Origin: Candidatus Latescibacterota bacterium | GTDB taxonomy: Bacteria; Latescibacterota; UBA2968; UBA8231 | Length of the DNA: 64,000 nt | NCBI GenBank assembly: GCA_965197905.1 | Contig: CBDAOB010000002.1 | Coordinates: 224,001-288,000 of the forward strand | Reading direction: 5' to 3' | In this document: one piece after another, positions 19,055 to 29,274 of the stretch | Layout of the letters: every line of letters begins with the position of its first letter | Position numbering within the stretch: position 1 is the first letter of the stretch | The notes under the pieces: generated by a model | The model's input: the letters and a program-made list of their open reading frames with translations, nothing else | What the model was told of the DNA's origin: nothing | Database searches by the model: none | Position numbers and translations under genes: made by a program

Positions 19055-20017
19055 TTAATCGTCCGGGCTCAAGGGCGGTTGCTGATGGGCGAGGCTATAA
19101 TCCCGATCCTCCAAGGCCGGATGACCCCACGGTCCGAAGCTGCCGAATTCGGCGCACTGATCATCCCCAGGTACGCAGGTCACCTCAATCCCGTCCGCGC
19201 TCACGTCACAGCGATGGAATCCGCAGCGGGTATCCGCGTCGGTCCAGCGTTCGGCAAGCTGCGCCGTATTGCCTCCGGGGAGCGATCGGTACAGGCGAAT
19301 GCCGTCGACGATTTGAACCGGTCGCCCGGTATGAACGTGACCGCAGAAGAGAATCTCGACGCTGGCAGCCTTTAGCGCTTCCCACAACCGCCGGCGGTGG
19401 GGTGGATTGATAGAGAAATACCAGTTGTCGTACTGATTCTCGTCAGTGATGTCCCAGGATGGTTCGTCCAGTTGCTCCATGAAGGGCCAGTAATGCATCA
19501 CCGCCACGTGGTGCCTTGCGCGAGGGAGATGCTGCAACTTATCGAGGAGTCGCCAAAGATGCTTTTCTTGCGGCAGGCCGGTTCCGGCCACGGCAGCGAA
19601 GAATCCGGTGAAACGAACATCTCGATAGGAAAAAGTCCAATGAATCGGTCCGAACCAGGAGGCAAAAAGCTCCAGTCGCCGACGGGTGACATTCAGCGTC
19701 CTGTCATCCCAATAATGCCGCGTGCCGCGCTCCGCTGCCCACTTGTTGCCCACATCCATATTTCCAGGAATAACAAACGTCGGGAAAGGCAGCTCATCCA
19801 GGTCATCTCGAGCGACCTTGTATTCGAACTCGTGACTCTCGCCATCCCGGGTCAGATCGCCGCCATGCAAGAGGAACGCCGCGTCGATAGCTGCCATCTG
19901 TGTACTGATGGCAGCCCATCGCTGGTTGATGGCCGGGCGGAAGCGATAGGATCGAGGCGTGCCGAGATGGCTGTCACAAGCCTGCAGAAAGGTCCACGAA
20001 CTCGTCTGACTGATCAT
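19055..20017 (-). CDS. Calcineurin-like metallophosphoesterase
   Basis: DSH, GGD, PGNMD (Met in place of the usual His), MH and GHVH motifs. Confidence 0.85.
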   Translation of the reverse strand: MISQTSSWTFLQACDSHLGTPRSYRFRPAINQRWAAISTQMAAIDAAFLLHGGDLTRDGESHEFEYKVARDDLDELPFPTFVIPGNMDVGNKWAAERGTRHYWDDRTLNVTRRRLELFASWFGPIHWTFSYRDVRFTGFFAAVAGTGLPQEKHLWRLLDKLQHLPRARHHVAVMHYWPFMEQLDEPSWDITDENQYDNWYFSINPPHRRRLWEALKAASVEILFCGHVHTGRPVQIVDGIRLYRSLPGGNTAQLAERWTDADTRCGFHRCDVSADGIEVTCVPGDDQCAEFGSFGPWGHPALEDRDYSLAHQQPPLSPDD

Positions 20018-20202
20018 TAGTCCCGTCCTTTGTCGGTCTTGCTGAAGAGATGCGCGCTGTCTGGGAACGACGTCAAGTTCGAACCCCCGGTCGAAAAAAT
20101 TGTGTTGACGCTAACAAAAAGATGTATGCAGCACAACCATAGACAAATGTCCGCATTTGGTGTTGACTATTTGCTACTTGCCTATTCTCTGCAGGAAGAC
20201 CG

Positions 20203-21450
20203 ATGAATCAGTATGACTGGATCATAGCAGGTGGCCGTGTCATCGACCCCGCCAACGACATCGACGACGAACTCGATGTCGGCATCTCGGCGGGTGAGAT
20301 CGCCGCCGTCGGCATGGGGCTCGATGGGGCGGCGGCAGACCAGGTGTACGATGCGTCCGGCAAGATAGTGGTGCCGGGTTTCATCGACATCCACGCGCAC
20401 TGCTACCAGGGGGGTACTCCGTCGGGAGTGGACATCGACCATTATGGCCTGGGGCGAGGAGCGACGACGTGCGTCGACGCTGGCAGCTCCGGCTGTGACA
20501 CCTTCGACGACTTCCGCGTCAACGCAGTGGAGCGCTACGATTCACGGGTCGTGGCCTTTCTCAACATCTCGCGTGTGGGCTTGTCCGTAACACACGCCGA
20601 CGACGGCCGTGAGCTGGAGCATCTCGGGCGGCCGGAATACATCAACCACGCCGATTGTGCGAAGTGCATCGAGTCCAACCGCGACGTCCTCATCGGGGCG
20701 AAGGTGCTGTTGTCAGCAGCGCTCGCCGACGACGGTCGCAACGAAGCGCAAGCCCTCCACGAAGCGCAGCAGGCGGCAGCGGCCACCAGTACGCCACTGA
20801 TGGCTCATCACGCCGTCTCCACCGTACCGCTGGAAGATTGTCCGGGCGGCATGCGAGAGGGCGATATCTATACCCACTGCTACCACGGATTCGAGAGCAC
20901 GATCATCGACCCGGAAAGCCGCCAGGTGCATTCGGCGGCGCGCGCGGCGCGACAGAATGGTGTCCTTTTCGACATCGGGCACGGCATGGGAGCTCTCAAC
21001 TGGACCGTGGGAGAGATCTGCGCGGCGGAAGGATTCTGGCCGGACATCATCGGCACCGATCTACACACCGGTACCTTTGAGGGTCCAGCCTACGACATGC
21101 CCACCGTGCTGACGCGGATGCTGCATCTGGGCATGTCTCTTGGAGAAGTGATCCGCTGTGCGACGATTGCGCCGGCTGCAGCGATCGGATGGTCCGACCG
21201 CATTGGTACGCTGGGCGTCGGCCGCGAGGCAGACGTAGCCGTGCTCAGCCTCGACGATGCGGACATGGACCTGGAGGACTGTCAGGGTCAGATGCGTCGC
21301 ATCAAGCGGCGCCTCATAGCAAACGCGGTCTGGCGCGCAGGCGTGTCCGCCGCAATTACGAAGCCGCGCTGTTTTCCCAACCAGCAGAGGATCGCGGAAC
21401 AGCGGGAGAATTGGCCGAATCTGGTGATCAGGGATGCCTCGCTCGATTGA
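20203..21450 (+). CDS. Amidohydrolase/deacetylase-family metallohydrolase (dihydroorotase-like)
   Basis: PGFIDIHAH, DAGS.G, conserved Lys, GDIYTHCYH, FDIGHG, GTDLH. Confidence 0.9.
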   Translation: MNQYDWIIAGGRVIDPANDIDDELDVGISAGEIAAVGMGLDGAAADQVYDASGKIVVPGFIDIHAHCYQGGTPSGVDIDHYGLGRGATTCVDAGSSGCDTFDDFRVNAVERYDSRVVAFLNISRVGLSVTHADDGRELEHLGRPEYINHADCAKCIESNRDVLIGAKVLLSAALADDGRNEAQALHEAQQAAAATSTPLMAHHAVSTVPLEDCPGGMREGDIYTHCYHGFESTIIDPESRQVHSAARAARQNGVLFDIGHGMGALNWTVGEICAAEGFWPDIIGTDLHTGTFEGPAYDMPTVLTRMLHLGMSLGEVIRCATIAPAAAIGWSDRIGTLGVGREADVAVLSLDDADMDLEDCQGQMRRIKRRLIANAVWRAGVSAAITKPRCFPNQQRIAEQRENWPNLVIRDASLD

Positions 21451-21492
21451 GCCCGCCTGTCTAGCCGGGCTTAACCTGTATCGCAATTTGTT

Positions 21493-22161
21493 GTGAGGAA
21501 CTTTCCATTACGTGGTGTCATTGGCATAGTTGCCAACGCAGCCAACGAACTTGACTTTGCTGTATCTAAACAGCTGCAATGTGTTGAGGTGCGGGCTGAC
21601 CTGCTGCTCGACGCGGGCTTATCGTTGGACCATGTCCTGCATATCGTAGAGCAGGCTCAGGAGCGGGATCTGGCCTGTCTGTTTACTCTGCGCCACCCAA
21701 GCCACGGTGGCAAGTTCGATGGCGACGAGCAACAGCGGGTTGCCATCAACGGTCAGGCATTGGCGGCAGGGGCCGACCTCATAGATCTGGAATGGGGTAC
21801 CGAAGCTGCAGAGCAGCTACTTTCGGAAGATACACCGATGGTACTCAGCCATCACGATTTCGAAGGCATGCCGAACGGACATGAATTGACAGCGTTAACC
21901 GAGAATATGAGTAGGGCAAAACCGAGTGCCATAAAGATTGTACCAACTGCCGCGACTCCTGCCGACGCCGCCCGCATGTTGCGCTGGGTGGCGGATGCCG
22001 ATGCGGATATCTCGCGTATCGGCTTCGCTATGGGAGCAGCCGGTGCCTGCAGCCGCGTTCTGACCATAGCATTTGGGGCACCAATTACCTACGCGAGTTT
22101 TGGTCGACCTGTCGCGCCTGGTCAGGTCGCCATCGATGATCTGCTGGAACTCTACCGCTAA
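21493..22161 (+). CDS. aroD: Type I 3-dehydroquinate dehydratase
   Basis: EVRAD, FTLR...GG, IDLE, LSHHDF, Schiff-base Lys in IKI, FAMG..G..SR, APGQ. Confidence 0.9.
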   Translation: MRNFPLRGVIGIVANAANELDFAVSKQLQCVEVRADLLLDAGLSLDHVLHIVEQAQERDLACLFTLRHPSHGGKFDGDEQQRVAINGQALAAGADLIDLEWGTEAAEQLLSEDTPMVLSHHDFEGMPNGHELTALTENMSRAKPSAIKIVPTAATPADAARMLRWVADADADISRIGFAMGAAGACSRVLTIAFGAPITYASFGRPVAPGQVAIDDLLELYR

Positions 22162-22188
22162 AAGGCTTTTAGATGGCGGGGATCGATC

Positions 22189-22522
22189 TCAGTCATCGCA
22201 TTCCAGCTCGACCTCGGCGCCGGTGGCTTCGAGAGTGCTTTTCATGCTCTCGGCCTCCTCCTCCGAGTCCTTCGGCGACCGTAGTCGGGGCGGCTTCGAC
22301 GAACTCCTTGGCTTCCCGGAGTCCGAGTGCGGTCACTTCTCTTACCGCCTTGATCACATCGACCTTGTTTGGCCCCATGGAAGAGAGGATCAGGGTATAG
22401 GATTCGCAATCGTCAGCTACGAGACAATCTGGTTGCAGCAGGAGAGCGACAGTGAGGACGGCAAGAATGGTTGTATCTCCGCGAAGGATGCTATAATTAC
22501 CCAAATATGTTCGACATGGCAC
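22189..22522 (-). pseudogene. Ribosomal L7/L12 C-terminal-domain protein with a signal-peptide-like N-terminus, frameshifted near 22265; not the housekeeping rplL
   Basis: NKVDVIKAVREVTALGLREAKEFVEAAP..V.EGL continues in another frame as EEEAESMKSTLEATGAEVELECDD-stop. Confidence 0.8.
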
Positions 22523-22695
22523 AGAAAACGGTGATACGCATCAACATTCTCGAAAAACTTTAGCACCGAACGATTGGCTGGCGAAAGGCCGCATCGAACT
22601 GCAGATTACTTAGGGACATCGTAGAAAGATTGACCGACAACGATGTTTTCAACCGATGAGATGAATCGAGTATGCGGCGTGCCGGAGATCAAGAT

Positions 22696-23733
22696 ATGGC
22701 GATAGACGAGGCGGCCCGTGCCCGCTTCGCCGAGGATGGCTATTTGGTCTTGCGCGGCCTCCTCGACCCGAAGCGCGATCTCGCACTCCTTCGCGTGGAG
22801 TACGAGTCGCTGCTGGCCGAGGTCGCGGCGCGACTCAGGTGCGAAGGGGTCGTCTCCTCTACGTATGCGGAGCTGCCGTTCGCTGAGCGTTTCTGCGCCC
22901 TCGTCATGGAGATGGGAGGGTCGCTGATGAACCATCTCGATATCTGCCTGCCGCAAAAGGGGGTGACAGCCGACACCCCGGTCCACTGCGGTCCGGGCGC
23001 TTTCGGTCTGCTCACCAATCCCCGTCTGCTAGACGCGGTGGAGGCCATCGTTGGCCCCGAGATCTACGCCAACCCGACCCAGCACGTGCGGATCAAACCG
23101 CCGGAGGACTGTCTGCCGCACGATAACACCATCGTCCCTGAGATCTATCAGGCCCCCTGGCACCAGGATCTTGGGACGGCAATGCCGGAAGCAGACGAGA
23201 GCCGGATCCTGACGGTGTGGATTCCGGTCACCAAAGCTACCAAGGAGAATGGCTGTCTGCTGGTAGCGCCGGGCAGCCACAAGCGAGGCCTCGCCACCCA
23301 CTGTCACGACCCGCGTGCGAGCTACAGCCGGCAGGCTATTCCCGAACAGCTGGTAGGTGATCGCATCCCGCTGGAGATGGAACCTGGAGACGTCCTGTTC
23401 TTGACCAAGCTCACCATGCACGCCTCGCTGCCCAACCTGAGCCAGGAGATTCGTTGGAGTGTGGATTTGCGCTATCAGCCCATCGGCGAGCCCACCGGCA
23501 GGTCCTGGTTCCCGGGCTTCGTCGCTCGCAGCCGGGCGGCGCCGGAGAGCGTGCTGCCGGATGCCGCAGCTTGGGCAGTGCTCTGGCACCAGGCGCGCGA
23601 GAAGCTCGCTGCGGAGTCTGCCCCGTCCTTTCAGCGCTGGCTGGAAGGCAACGTGGACTGGCGTAACTGCCCTAAGCCGAGCGCTCCTACTGTGTCCGAC
23701 GCAGCCGCCGCCCTGTCAGTTTTGCTTGACTGA
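22696..23733 (+). CDS. PhyH-family Fe(II)/2-oxoglutarate dioxygenase
   Basis: F.EDGYLV, WHQD, ENGCL...PGSH, distal His in TMHAS, RWSVDLRY. Confidence 0.92.
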   Translation: MAIDEAARARFAEDGYLVLRGLLDPKRDLALLRVEYESLLAEVAARLRCEGVVSSTYAELPFAERFCALVMEMGGSLMNHLDICLPQKGVTADTPVHCGPGAFGLLTNPRLLDAVEAIVGPEIYANPTQHVRIKPPEDCLPHDNTIVPEIYQAPWHQDLGTAMPEADESRILTVWIPVTKATKENGCLLVAPGSHKRGLATHCHDPRASYSRQAIPEQLVGDRIPLEMEPGDVLFLTKLTMHASLPNLSQEIRWSVDLRYQPIGEPTGRSWFPGFVARSRAAPESVLPDAAAWAVLWHQAREKLAAESAPSFQRWLEGNVDWRNCPKPSAPTVSDAAAALSVLLD

Positions 23734-23761
23734 TGTGCCAAGTAATATTAGCGTTTACATC

Positions 23762-24823
23762 ATGACACAGGCCAAACAAGCACCTGACGTCGCCGGCCTC
23801 GACGACGGAACCGAGAACAGGGACGCGCGCGGCGAATGGATGCCGCGCATCCTGGGCAAGGCGATGCCGTTCGCCTGGCCCGTCCAGCCGAAGAAGCTGC
23901 TCCAATTTTTCCTCGGCTTTCCCGGGTTTCTCTGGCCTTTGGGAGCGGCGCTCCATTACGGGGTGGCGGCTCTGACGTGGTACTATCTCCAACCCGGGGC
24001 GGACCAGCTGAGCAACTTCAGTCAGCTGAGCGTCGGTTGGGTTCTGCCGATGTACGCGCGCAATGTGGCGATGCTGCTGCTAGTCGCGGGCACGTTGCAC
24101 GGTATGCTTTACTGGCGTCGCGTGCAGGGTACCCGCTTCAAGTACAATTCCCGGTGGCCGAGCACCTCCAGCAAGGCGTTCCTTTTCAACGACCAGGTCA
24201 AGGACAACATGTTCTGGAGTGTCGCCAGCGGCGCCACCATCTGGACGCTGTACGAAGTATTCATGCTGTGGGCGTACGGCAACGGCTGGGCACCCTTTAT
24301 CACGCTGCGAAGCAACCCGTTCGTGTTCGTCGCGCTGGCCATCGTTCTGCCGTTCTGGCAAGACCTTCACTTCTATATAGTACACCGAATCTCGCACTGG
24401 AAGCCAATCTACGACGCCGCACACTACCTGCATCACCGCAACACCAACGTGGGGCCATGGTCCGGTCTGTCCATGCACCCGATCGAACACATTCTCTATT
24501 TCACACGCTGGATCATCCTGTTCGTCGTGCCCTCACATCCGATCCACATGTTCTTCCTGATGCAGCGTCCGGCGCTCAACCCCGCGCTGGGGCACACCGG
24601 TTTCGACCGTATCGTCCTGAAGAAGGACGCCGAAGGCATGTCCGTCGACTCCTACTTCCATTATCTGCATCACCGCTTCTTCGAGTGTAACTACGGCACT
24701 CCGACAGTGCCGTTCGACCGCTGGTTTGGCTCCCTCCACGATGGAACCCCGGAGTCATACGAGAAGATGCGTTTGAAGCGAAAAATGCCAGGGGAGACAG
24801 AGACCAGCCCGCAGAGCGCCTAG
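23762..24823 (+). CDS. Sterol desaturase / fatty acid hydroxylase family membrane di-iron enzyme
   Basis: His boxes HFYIVHRISH, HYLHH, PWSGLSMHPIEH and HYLHH, with transmembrane segments. The likely start is the ATG at 23762. Confidence 0.92.
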   Translation: MTQAKQAPDVAGLDDGTENRDARGEWMPRILGKAMPFAWPVQPKKLLQFFLGFPGFLWPLGAALHYGVAALTWYYLQPGADQLSNFSQLSVGWVLPMYARNVAMLLLVAGTLHGMLYWRRVQGTRFKYNSRWPSTSSKAFLFNDQVKDNMFWSVASGATIWTLYEVFMLWAYGNGWAPFITLRSNPFVFVALAIVLPFWQDLHFYIVHRISHWKPIYDAAHYLHHRNTNVGPWSGLSMHPIEHILYFTRWIILFVVPSHPIHMFFLMQRPALNPALGHTGFDRIVLKKDAEGMSVDSYFHYLHHRFFECNYGTPTVPFDRWFGSLHDGTPESYEKMRLKRKMPGETETSPQSA

Positions 24824-24968
24824 TGCACTGACAAAGCACGGTGCTGCATCTACCTGCGCCGCGTTCCATCTCGGACTCGATGCTGAGTCCCCCGTCATAG
24901 CCTTCACCTTCCTGTCCCGAGAACGCCGCCTCTTCCGTATACCAAATTAGTAGATGGGAGCTAGACAG

Positions 24969-26090
24969 ATGGAGATTGTCGAAAGCGGTATTATTGCGCG
25001 CAGCGAAGCGGGAACCGCCCGCGCCGCGCTAACCTTTCCATGTCTTCTTTCCTTGTCAGACGGCACCCTTCTGGCAACTGCGCACGCCGGGTCAACGAAG
25101 GACGCGGCGGACGAGGCGGTCGAATTATACCGGTCTCAGGATGGAGGGCGCACCTGGAGTGAAGCGAGGCGGCCGTTTGGTGAAACAGAGGTCAACGGTG
25201 TGGTTGGCTCGCTCAGGACTGGTTATCTGACCGAGCTGGAGCCAGGGCACCTCATTGCGAGTCTGATGTGGGTCGACCGCCAGACCTTTCCGGGCATGCC
25301 GCTGTTCAATGAGGAAACCGAAGGTTGCCTGCCCATGGCGATTATGCTGGCTGACTCCGCCGATGGGGGCGAGACCTGGTCGCCGCTAAGGGTCGTGCCC
25401 ATACCTGCCTCGATCGGGCCGCCGAGCCTCACGAGCCCTGTGCTGAAGCTGGCGGACGGCACACTGGCACTGAGTATCGAAACGAACAAGCAGTATCTGG
25501 ACAGCACAAAGTGGTACCAACGCGTGGTGTTTTTCCACTCCAGGGACGGTGGCGAAACCTGGGAAGACCCCGTCACCGCCGGCGAGGATCCAAGCGGGCG
25601 TATCTTCTACTGGGACCTGCGCGCCGGCGTCGCCCCCGATGGCCGGGTCGGCATTTTCTCCTGGACCTATGACAGCAAGCTAAACAAATATCTCAATATT
25701 CATCGCCGGATCAGCGCCGATGGCGGCAGGGTCTGGTCGTCGCCGGAGGATCTTGGCTTCACTGATCAGGCGGCGCATCCGGCTATACTGGCGGACGGCC
25801 GCGTGGTGCTGGCCTGGGTTGACCGCTTCGGCAGCGAGTCCATAAGGGCGCGCCAGGCGAATGCCATCGATGCACCGTTCGAACCCGATACGGAGGTCGC
25901 GGTGTACGAACACCAGCTGGCAGCGACGGCTACCGGCAACACCGGAGAGCTTTTGAGCGACATGAAAATCTGGAGCTTTGGCCTTCCGTATGCGGAAGCA
26001 CTGCCAGATGGCGACGTGCTGGTGACATATTATGCGGGCACGGACGCTTCCATGGATATCCACTGGTCCCGCCTACGCCTGGATGGGTGA
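24969..26090 (+). CDS. Sialidase-like BNR/Asp-box protein
   Basis: SQDGGRTW, SADGGETW, SRDGGETW, SADGGRVW; C-terminal FGLP...LPDG.VLVTYY. No signal peptide. Confidence 0.85.
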   Translation: MEIVESGIIARSEAGTARAALTFPCLLSLSDGTLLATAHAGSTKDAADEAVELYRSQDGGRTWSEARRPFGETEVNGVVGSLRTGYLTELEPGHLIASLMWVDRQTFPGMPLFNEETEGCLPMAIMLADSADGGETWSPLRVVPIPASIGPPSLTSPVLKLADGTLALSIETNKQYLDSTKWYQRVVFFHSRDGGETWEDPVTAGEDPSGRIFYWDLRAGVAPDGRVGIFSWTYDSKLNKYLNIHRRISADGGRVWSSPEDLGFTDQAAHPAILADGRVVLAWVDRFGSESIRARQANAIDAPFEPDTEVAVYEHQLAATATGNTGELLSDMKIWSFGLPYAEALPDGDVLVTYYAGTDASMDIHWSRLRLDG

Positions 26091-26172
26091 GCATCAAGCT
26101 GGCCGGGAACCCCCTGGATATCACTGAGGCGCTGGTTGCCCTCGGTGGCCGCCAGACCCCGCGGTTCGTTGC

Positions 26173-29148
26173 CTAAAGCATCAGGTTTGAATGTTCCGGG
26201 AATCCAACTAGAGCGCGCACGAAGAAGGAGAAGGTGTCGAAGTTGCCGGCCGCTCTTATGGCAGAATCAAACTCCTTGGCGTCGCGGACCAGCCCGGTAA
26301 TGGTGTAAAGCTCGTACCCGAAATAGCGCGATCGGTTGGTCAGCGTAGCGATCAGGGTGCGGCGCTTGAAGCTGTCTAGAGGGCGCTCCTCGTCGGCGAA
26401 ACGGTAGTGCAAAGGCCCCCATCCCTGAATTCCCAAGCGGGCAGAAGTCCGCTGCATGAGCGGCAGGTGAAAGAGCAGGATGGGTATGGTTTCGTGCTCG
26501 AAGCGCATGGTCTGGTCCTGCTCGCGATCTACGAACCGCAGCATTTGAAACTTGAATTTTGGTATCACGCTGAGCTTTCCCAAACGCCAGGTGTAGTCGA
26601 TCCGGTTGACGAGGGTCCAGTGATCCAAACGGCGTTCTCGGCCAAGGAATCCCCGAGATTGGCGCCCTCCCCGTTGCCAGTTTACGCGCAGGCGAATCTT
26701 CTGCACCAGGTTGAGGGTCGACCAAGGCCGCAGCCAGTTCTCGAGGTAGGTCTCGTTGACATAACTGTTTTCGTACCACAGGGGATCCTGACGTGGCCGG
26801 CTGATGAATGCGCGATTGCCCCAGTAAACGAAGTGCACAAAATACCGATAGTCTCCGGTGAACTGGCGATCCTCCGCTAAGATGTTGTACTCGTCGGGAA
26901 TGCCGTCCTGTACGCGACGGAAATGATTCTCGAAGAATAGTCGACGAAGCTTCCCGGGGTCCTGTCTGCGATACGTGAGCATCGCGTAGGTAGAGCGGTT
27001 CATGCCGCTGCCCTCGAGCTCTTCGAGGTCATAACGCCCCAGGCTCATGGTCCAGCGGGGGCTCAGATTAGTCTGTGCAAACAGGTGATATCCACGCTGG
27101 TCCGGATCGTACGGAGTATCCGGATCCCAATCGTCCTCCCTATGGTCAGGCTCTTCGTTGTTGTTGCGATCGAGGCCGTAGGTGTAGTCGTTGGCCTCGG
27201 CTTCGTACATCAAGAAGGGCTCGACGTAGTCGGGCAATGCATCGCCGTTGCGGTTGATGTCAGGATACCCGTCGTTGTCCTCGTCCTGGCCGATATACAC
27301 GCCGTCCGGATCTATCCCGGTGACTTCGATGCCATCGTTGCGAAACCAGCTCCCGGTGATGTACCCCGGGCGTTTGTCCGGAAACTGATCGCCGTCTTCG
27401 TTGTCTTGCACCAGGTCCCAGTAGATGGTTTCGTTGGAGAGTCCCTTGATCGTGCTGCGCCGATCCTTCACGATCGATTCTTCTTCTACGAAACTACGCA
27501 TGGTAGTGGTGAAATCGGGATTCATGGCGAAATACTCGCCGCCGAAGTGCCAGTTTTGGATCCAGCGGGTCGCATTGATGAAGTAGGCGGAGCCACGGTC
27601 CGCAAAACGCGAACCAAGGTTGAAGACGGGGACACCCGAAGCCTCTGCCGGGAAACGGCGGTATACACTAGAACGCGCGTATTCACCGTTCACGTCGAGA
27701 CCGGCCAATTGCAGACTCAGGTCCGTGCTATAGGTGAAGATCGCCGTGTCCTCACCTATGGAAAACCGGACCCGTTTCAGGTTGGACAGGTCCTGCACGT
27801 TGCCGCGCGCGCGCGCAACCGTACGGTAGAAGTCGCTTTTGAAGGTGCCGTAGCCTTTACCGCCCGGGCTATCCGCCCAGAGGGTGGCCACGTCCACCCG
27901 ATAGTCGTTTCCCACCATCGCCTCCACTTCGATCGATTCTAGGTACGGCTCCTGGGATACATCGAACAGGTAGGCAAGCTGCTCATCGCCATCGGCTTGC
28001 TGGATTTCTTCGGCAGAATCCATCGCAAAGGTGGAAACCAGATCGGCGACGTTGGTCTGGCGGCTCACATCCAGGCCTGCTTGGTGGTCAATGCGAAAAA
28101 GATAATCTGCATACAGGGCTATCTCTCCGCGTCCGCGATAGTAGGTTGTGAATCCCGGCTTTGTAATGAAATAGGGCAGCGGGAAGAAGTCCCCCGTCAC
28201 CCGGGAATACGCACCGACCTGGCTTGCTACGTTGGCCCGGTGACGGATCACGTGCGGCGCGATATCCGGCCGCGGCTCACCATTGACGATCACCACGACT
28301 TCCTGAACCACCGCCCCATCGCGGCCATCACGCGGCGAGTCATCCGAAAAGCGAACGACCACCCAGTCTACTAAGGGCTGATTGGGGCGCAATCTGCCCC
28401 TCAGGTTGTTGCCTGTCTGCTCACTGTCGTAGACGTGAAGGTTGGCGAGGTTCAATCCGAGCCTGGCGTTGCCGATATCCATCTGGATGCGGCCGCCGAG
28501 GAGCAACGACGAATCCGCCGCAAACATGGTATTGCCCTTATGGAATCCGGAGCGGCGAACGTAATCGAATCCCCGGGGCGCATAGGGGCGTTGTATGCGA
28601 CTCGCCAATGTCGTGACTTTTAAGTAGGGACTGGAGAAGTCGAAACGCATACCGCTGAAATCGACCAACGACAGCGTGAGAGGGGTGAAGCGCGCCGTGA
28701 GAGCGTCTCCCACCATGGCACTGTAACCCCAGTCTCCGTATCCGTCGCGCGCTATCGCTACGTACTTGAAAGCCTCGGTCCAGTTTCCCTCGTTCTTGAA
28801 GATGGAACTGCCCCGTTGCAGTTCTGGCTGGCGGCGCTCGTGCCAGCTGAACAGATCGTAACCCGTCATGAGATGGTTGCCGACACCGTCGTAGAACGAG
28901 CGCGGGTAGAAATTCCCGTGGCGTCCAGGTCCCTCCGGCTGCGGGGGTGTATGATTTTGATAATTGCTGTAGGAATCGAACGCGTAGTTCTGGTAGGGTC
29001 GTACCGGACGCCGCAACAGCCAGTTACTGGACAACGTTTCTTCCAGCGAAATCTGCGAATCCTCGCCGTAGCCAACGCCGGCCGCAGCACCCATCAAAGC
29101 CAATATCACGAGGTTGCGCCGCATGATCCCCAATCTAAACCGCATCAA
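26173..29148 (-). CDS. Large secreted hypothetical protein, putative outer-membrane beta-barrel with DxDxDG repeats (paralog A)
   Basis: Signal peptide, alternating aromatic/hydrophobic strands, acidic repeats (DNEDGDQFPD, DEDNDGYPD, DRNNNEEPD) and a last strand FSFFVRALVGF. Aligns by eye with 30900-33860 and 40691-43675. Confidence 0.75.
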   Translation of the reverse strand: MMRFRLGIMRRNLVILALMGAAAGVGYGEDSQISLEETLSSNWLLRRPVRPYQNYAFDSYSNYQNHTPPQPEGPGRHGNFYPRSFYDGVGNHLMTGYDLFSWHERRQPELQRGSSIFKNEGNWTEAFKYVAIARDGYGDWGYSAMVGDALTARFTPLTLSLVDFSGMRFDFSSPYLKVTTLASRIQRPYAPRGFDYVRRSGFHKGNTMFAADSSLLLGGRIQMDIGNARLGLNLANLHVYDSEQTGNNLRGRLRPNQPLVDWVVVRFSDDSPRDGRDGAVVQEVVVIVNGEPRPDIAPHVIRHRANVASQVGAYSRVTGDFFPLPYFITKPGFTTYYRGRGEIALYADYLFRIDHQAGLDVSRQTNVADLVSTFAMDSAEEIQQADGDEQLAYLFDVSQEPYLESIEVEAMVGNDYRVDVATLWADSPGGKGYGTFKSDFYRTVARARGNVQDLSNLKRVRFSIGEDTAIFTYSTDLSLQLAGLDVNGEYARSSVYRRFPAEASGVPVFNLGSRFADRGSAYFINATRWIQNWHFGGEYFAMNPDFTTTMRSFVEEESIVKDRRSTIKGLSNETIYWDLVQDNEDGDQFPDKRPGYITGSWFRNDGIEVTGIDPDGVYIGQDEDNDGYPDINRNGDALPDYVEPFLMYEAEANDYTYGLDRNNNEEPDHREDDWDPDTPYDPDQRGYHLFAQTNLSPRWTMSLGRYDLEELEGSGMNRSTYAMLTYRRQDPGKLRRLFFENHFRRVQDGIPDEYNILAEDRQFTGDYRYFVHFVYWGNRAFISRPRQDPLWYENSYVNETYLENWLRPWSTLNLVQKIRLRVNWQRGGRQSRGFLGRERRLDHWTLVNRIDYTWRLGKLSVIPKFKFQMLRFVDREQDQTMRFEHETIPILLFHLPLMQRTSARLGIQGWGPLHYRFADEERPLDSFKRRTLIATLTNRSRYFGYELYTITGLVRDAKEFDSAIRAAGNFDTFSFFVRALVGFPEHSNLML

Positions 29149-29274
29149 CGGGTTAGCACAAAGATCATCTCAGGTGCGACCGTGTCGTATCCGGTGTCAG
29201 AGGGGGGAGCAGAAAAAGCAGGCCGGCTCATTCTGGTGTGGGCGTGCACGCCTTTGCAGAGCTGCCAGCGTTTA

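Noticed and set aside
20095..20175. Operator-like repeats (TGTTGAC twice; TTGTGTTG..CAGCACAA) in a divergent AT-rich spacer
   Set aside because: They are short and imperfect, no regulator gene is nearby, and I cannot distinguish them from chance.
22189..22522. Housekeeping rplL
   Set aside because: It lacks the N-terminal dimerisation domain and hinge, and is not in the rplJ-rpoB context.
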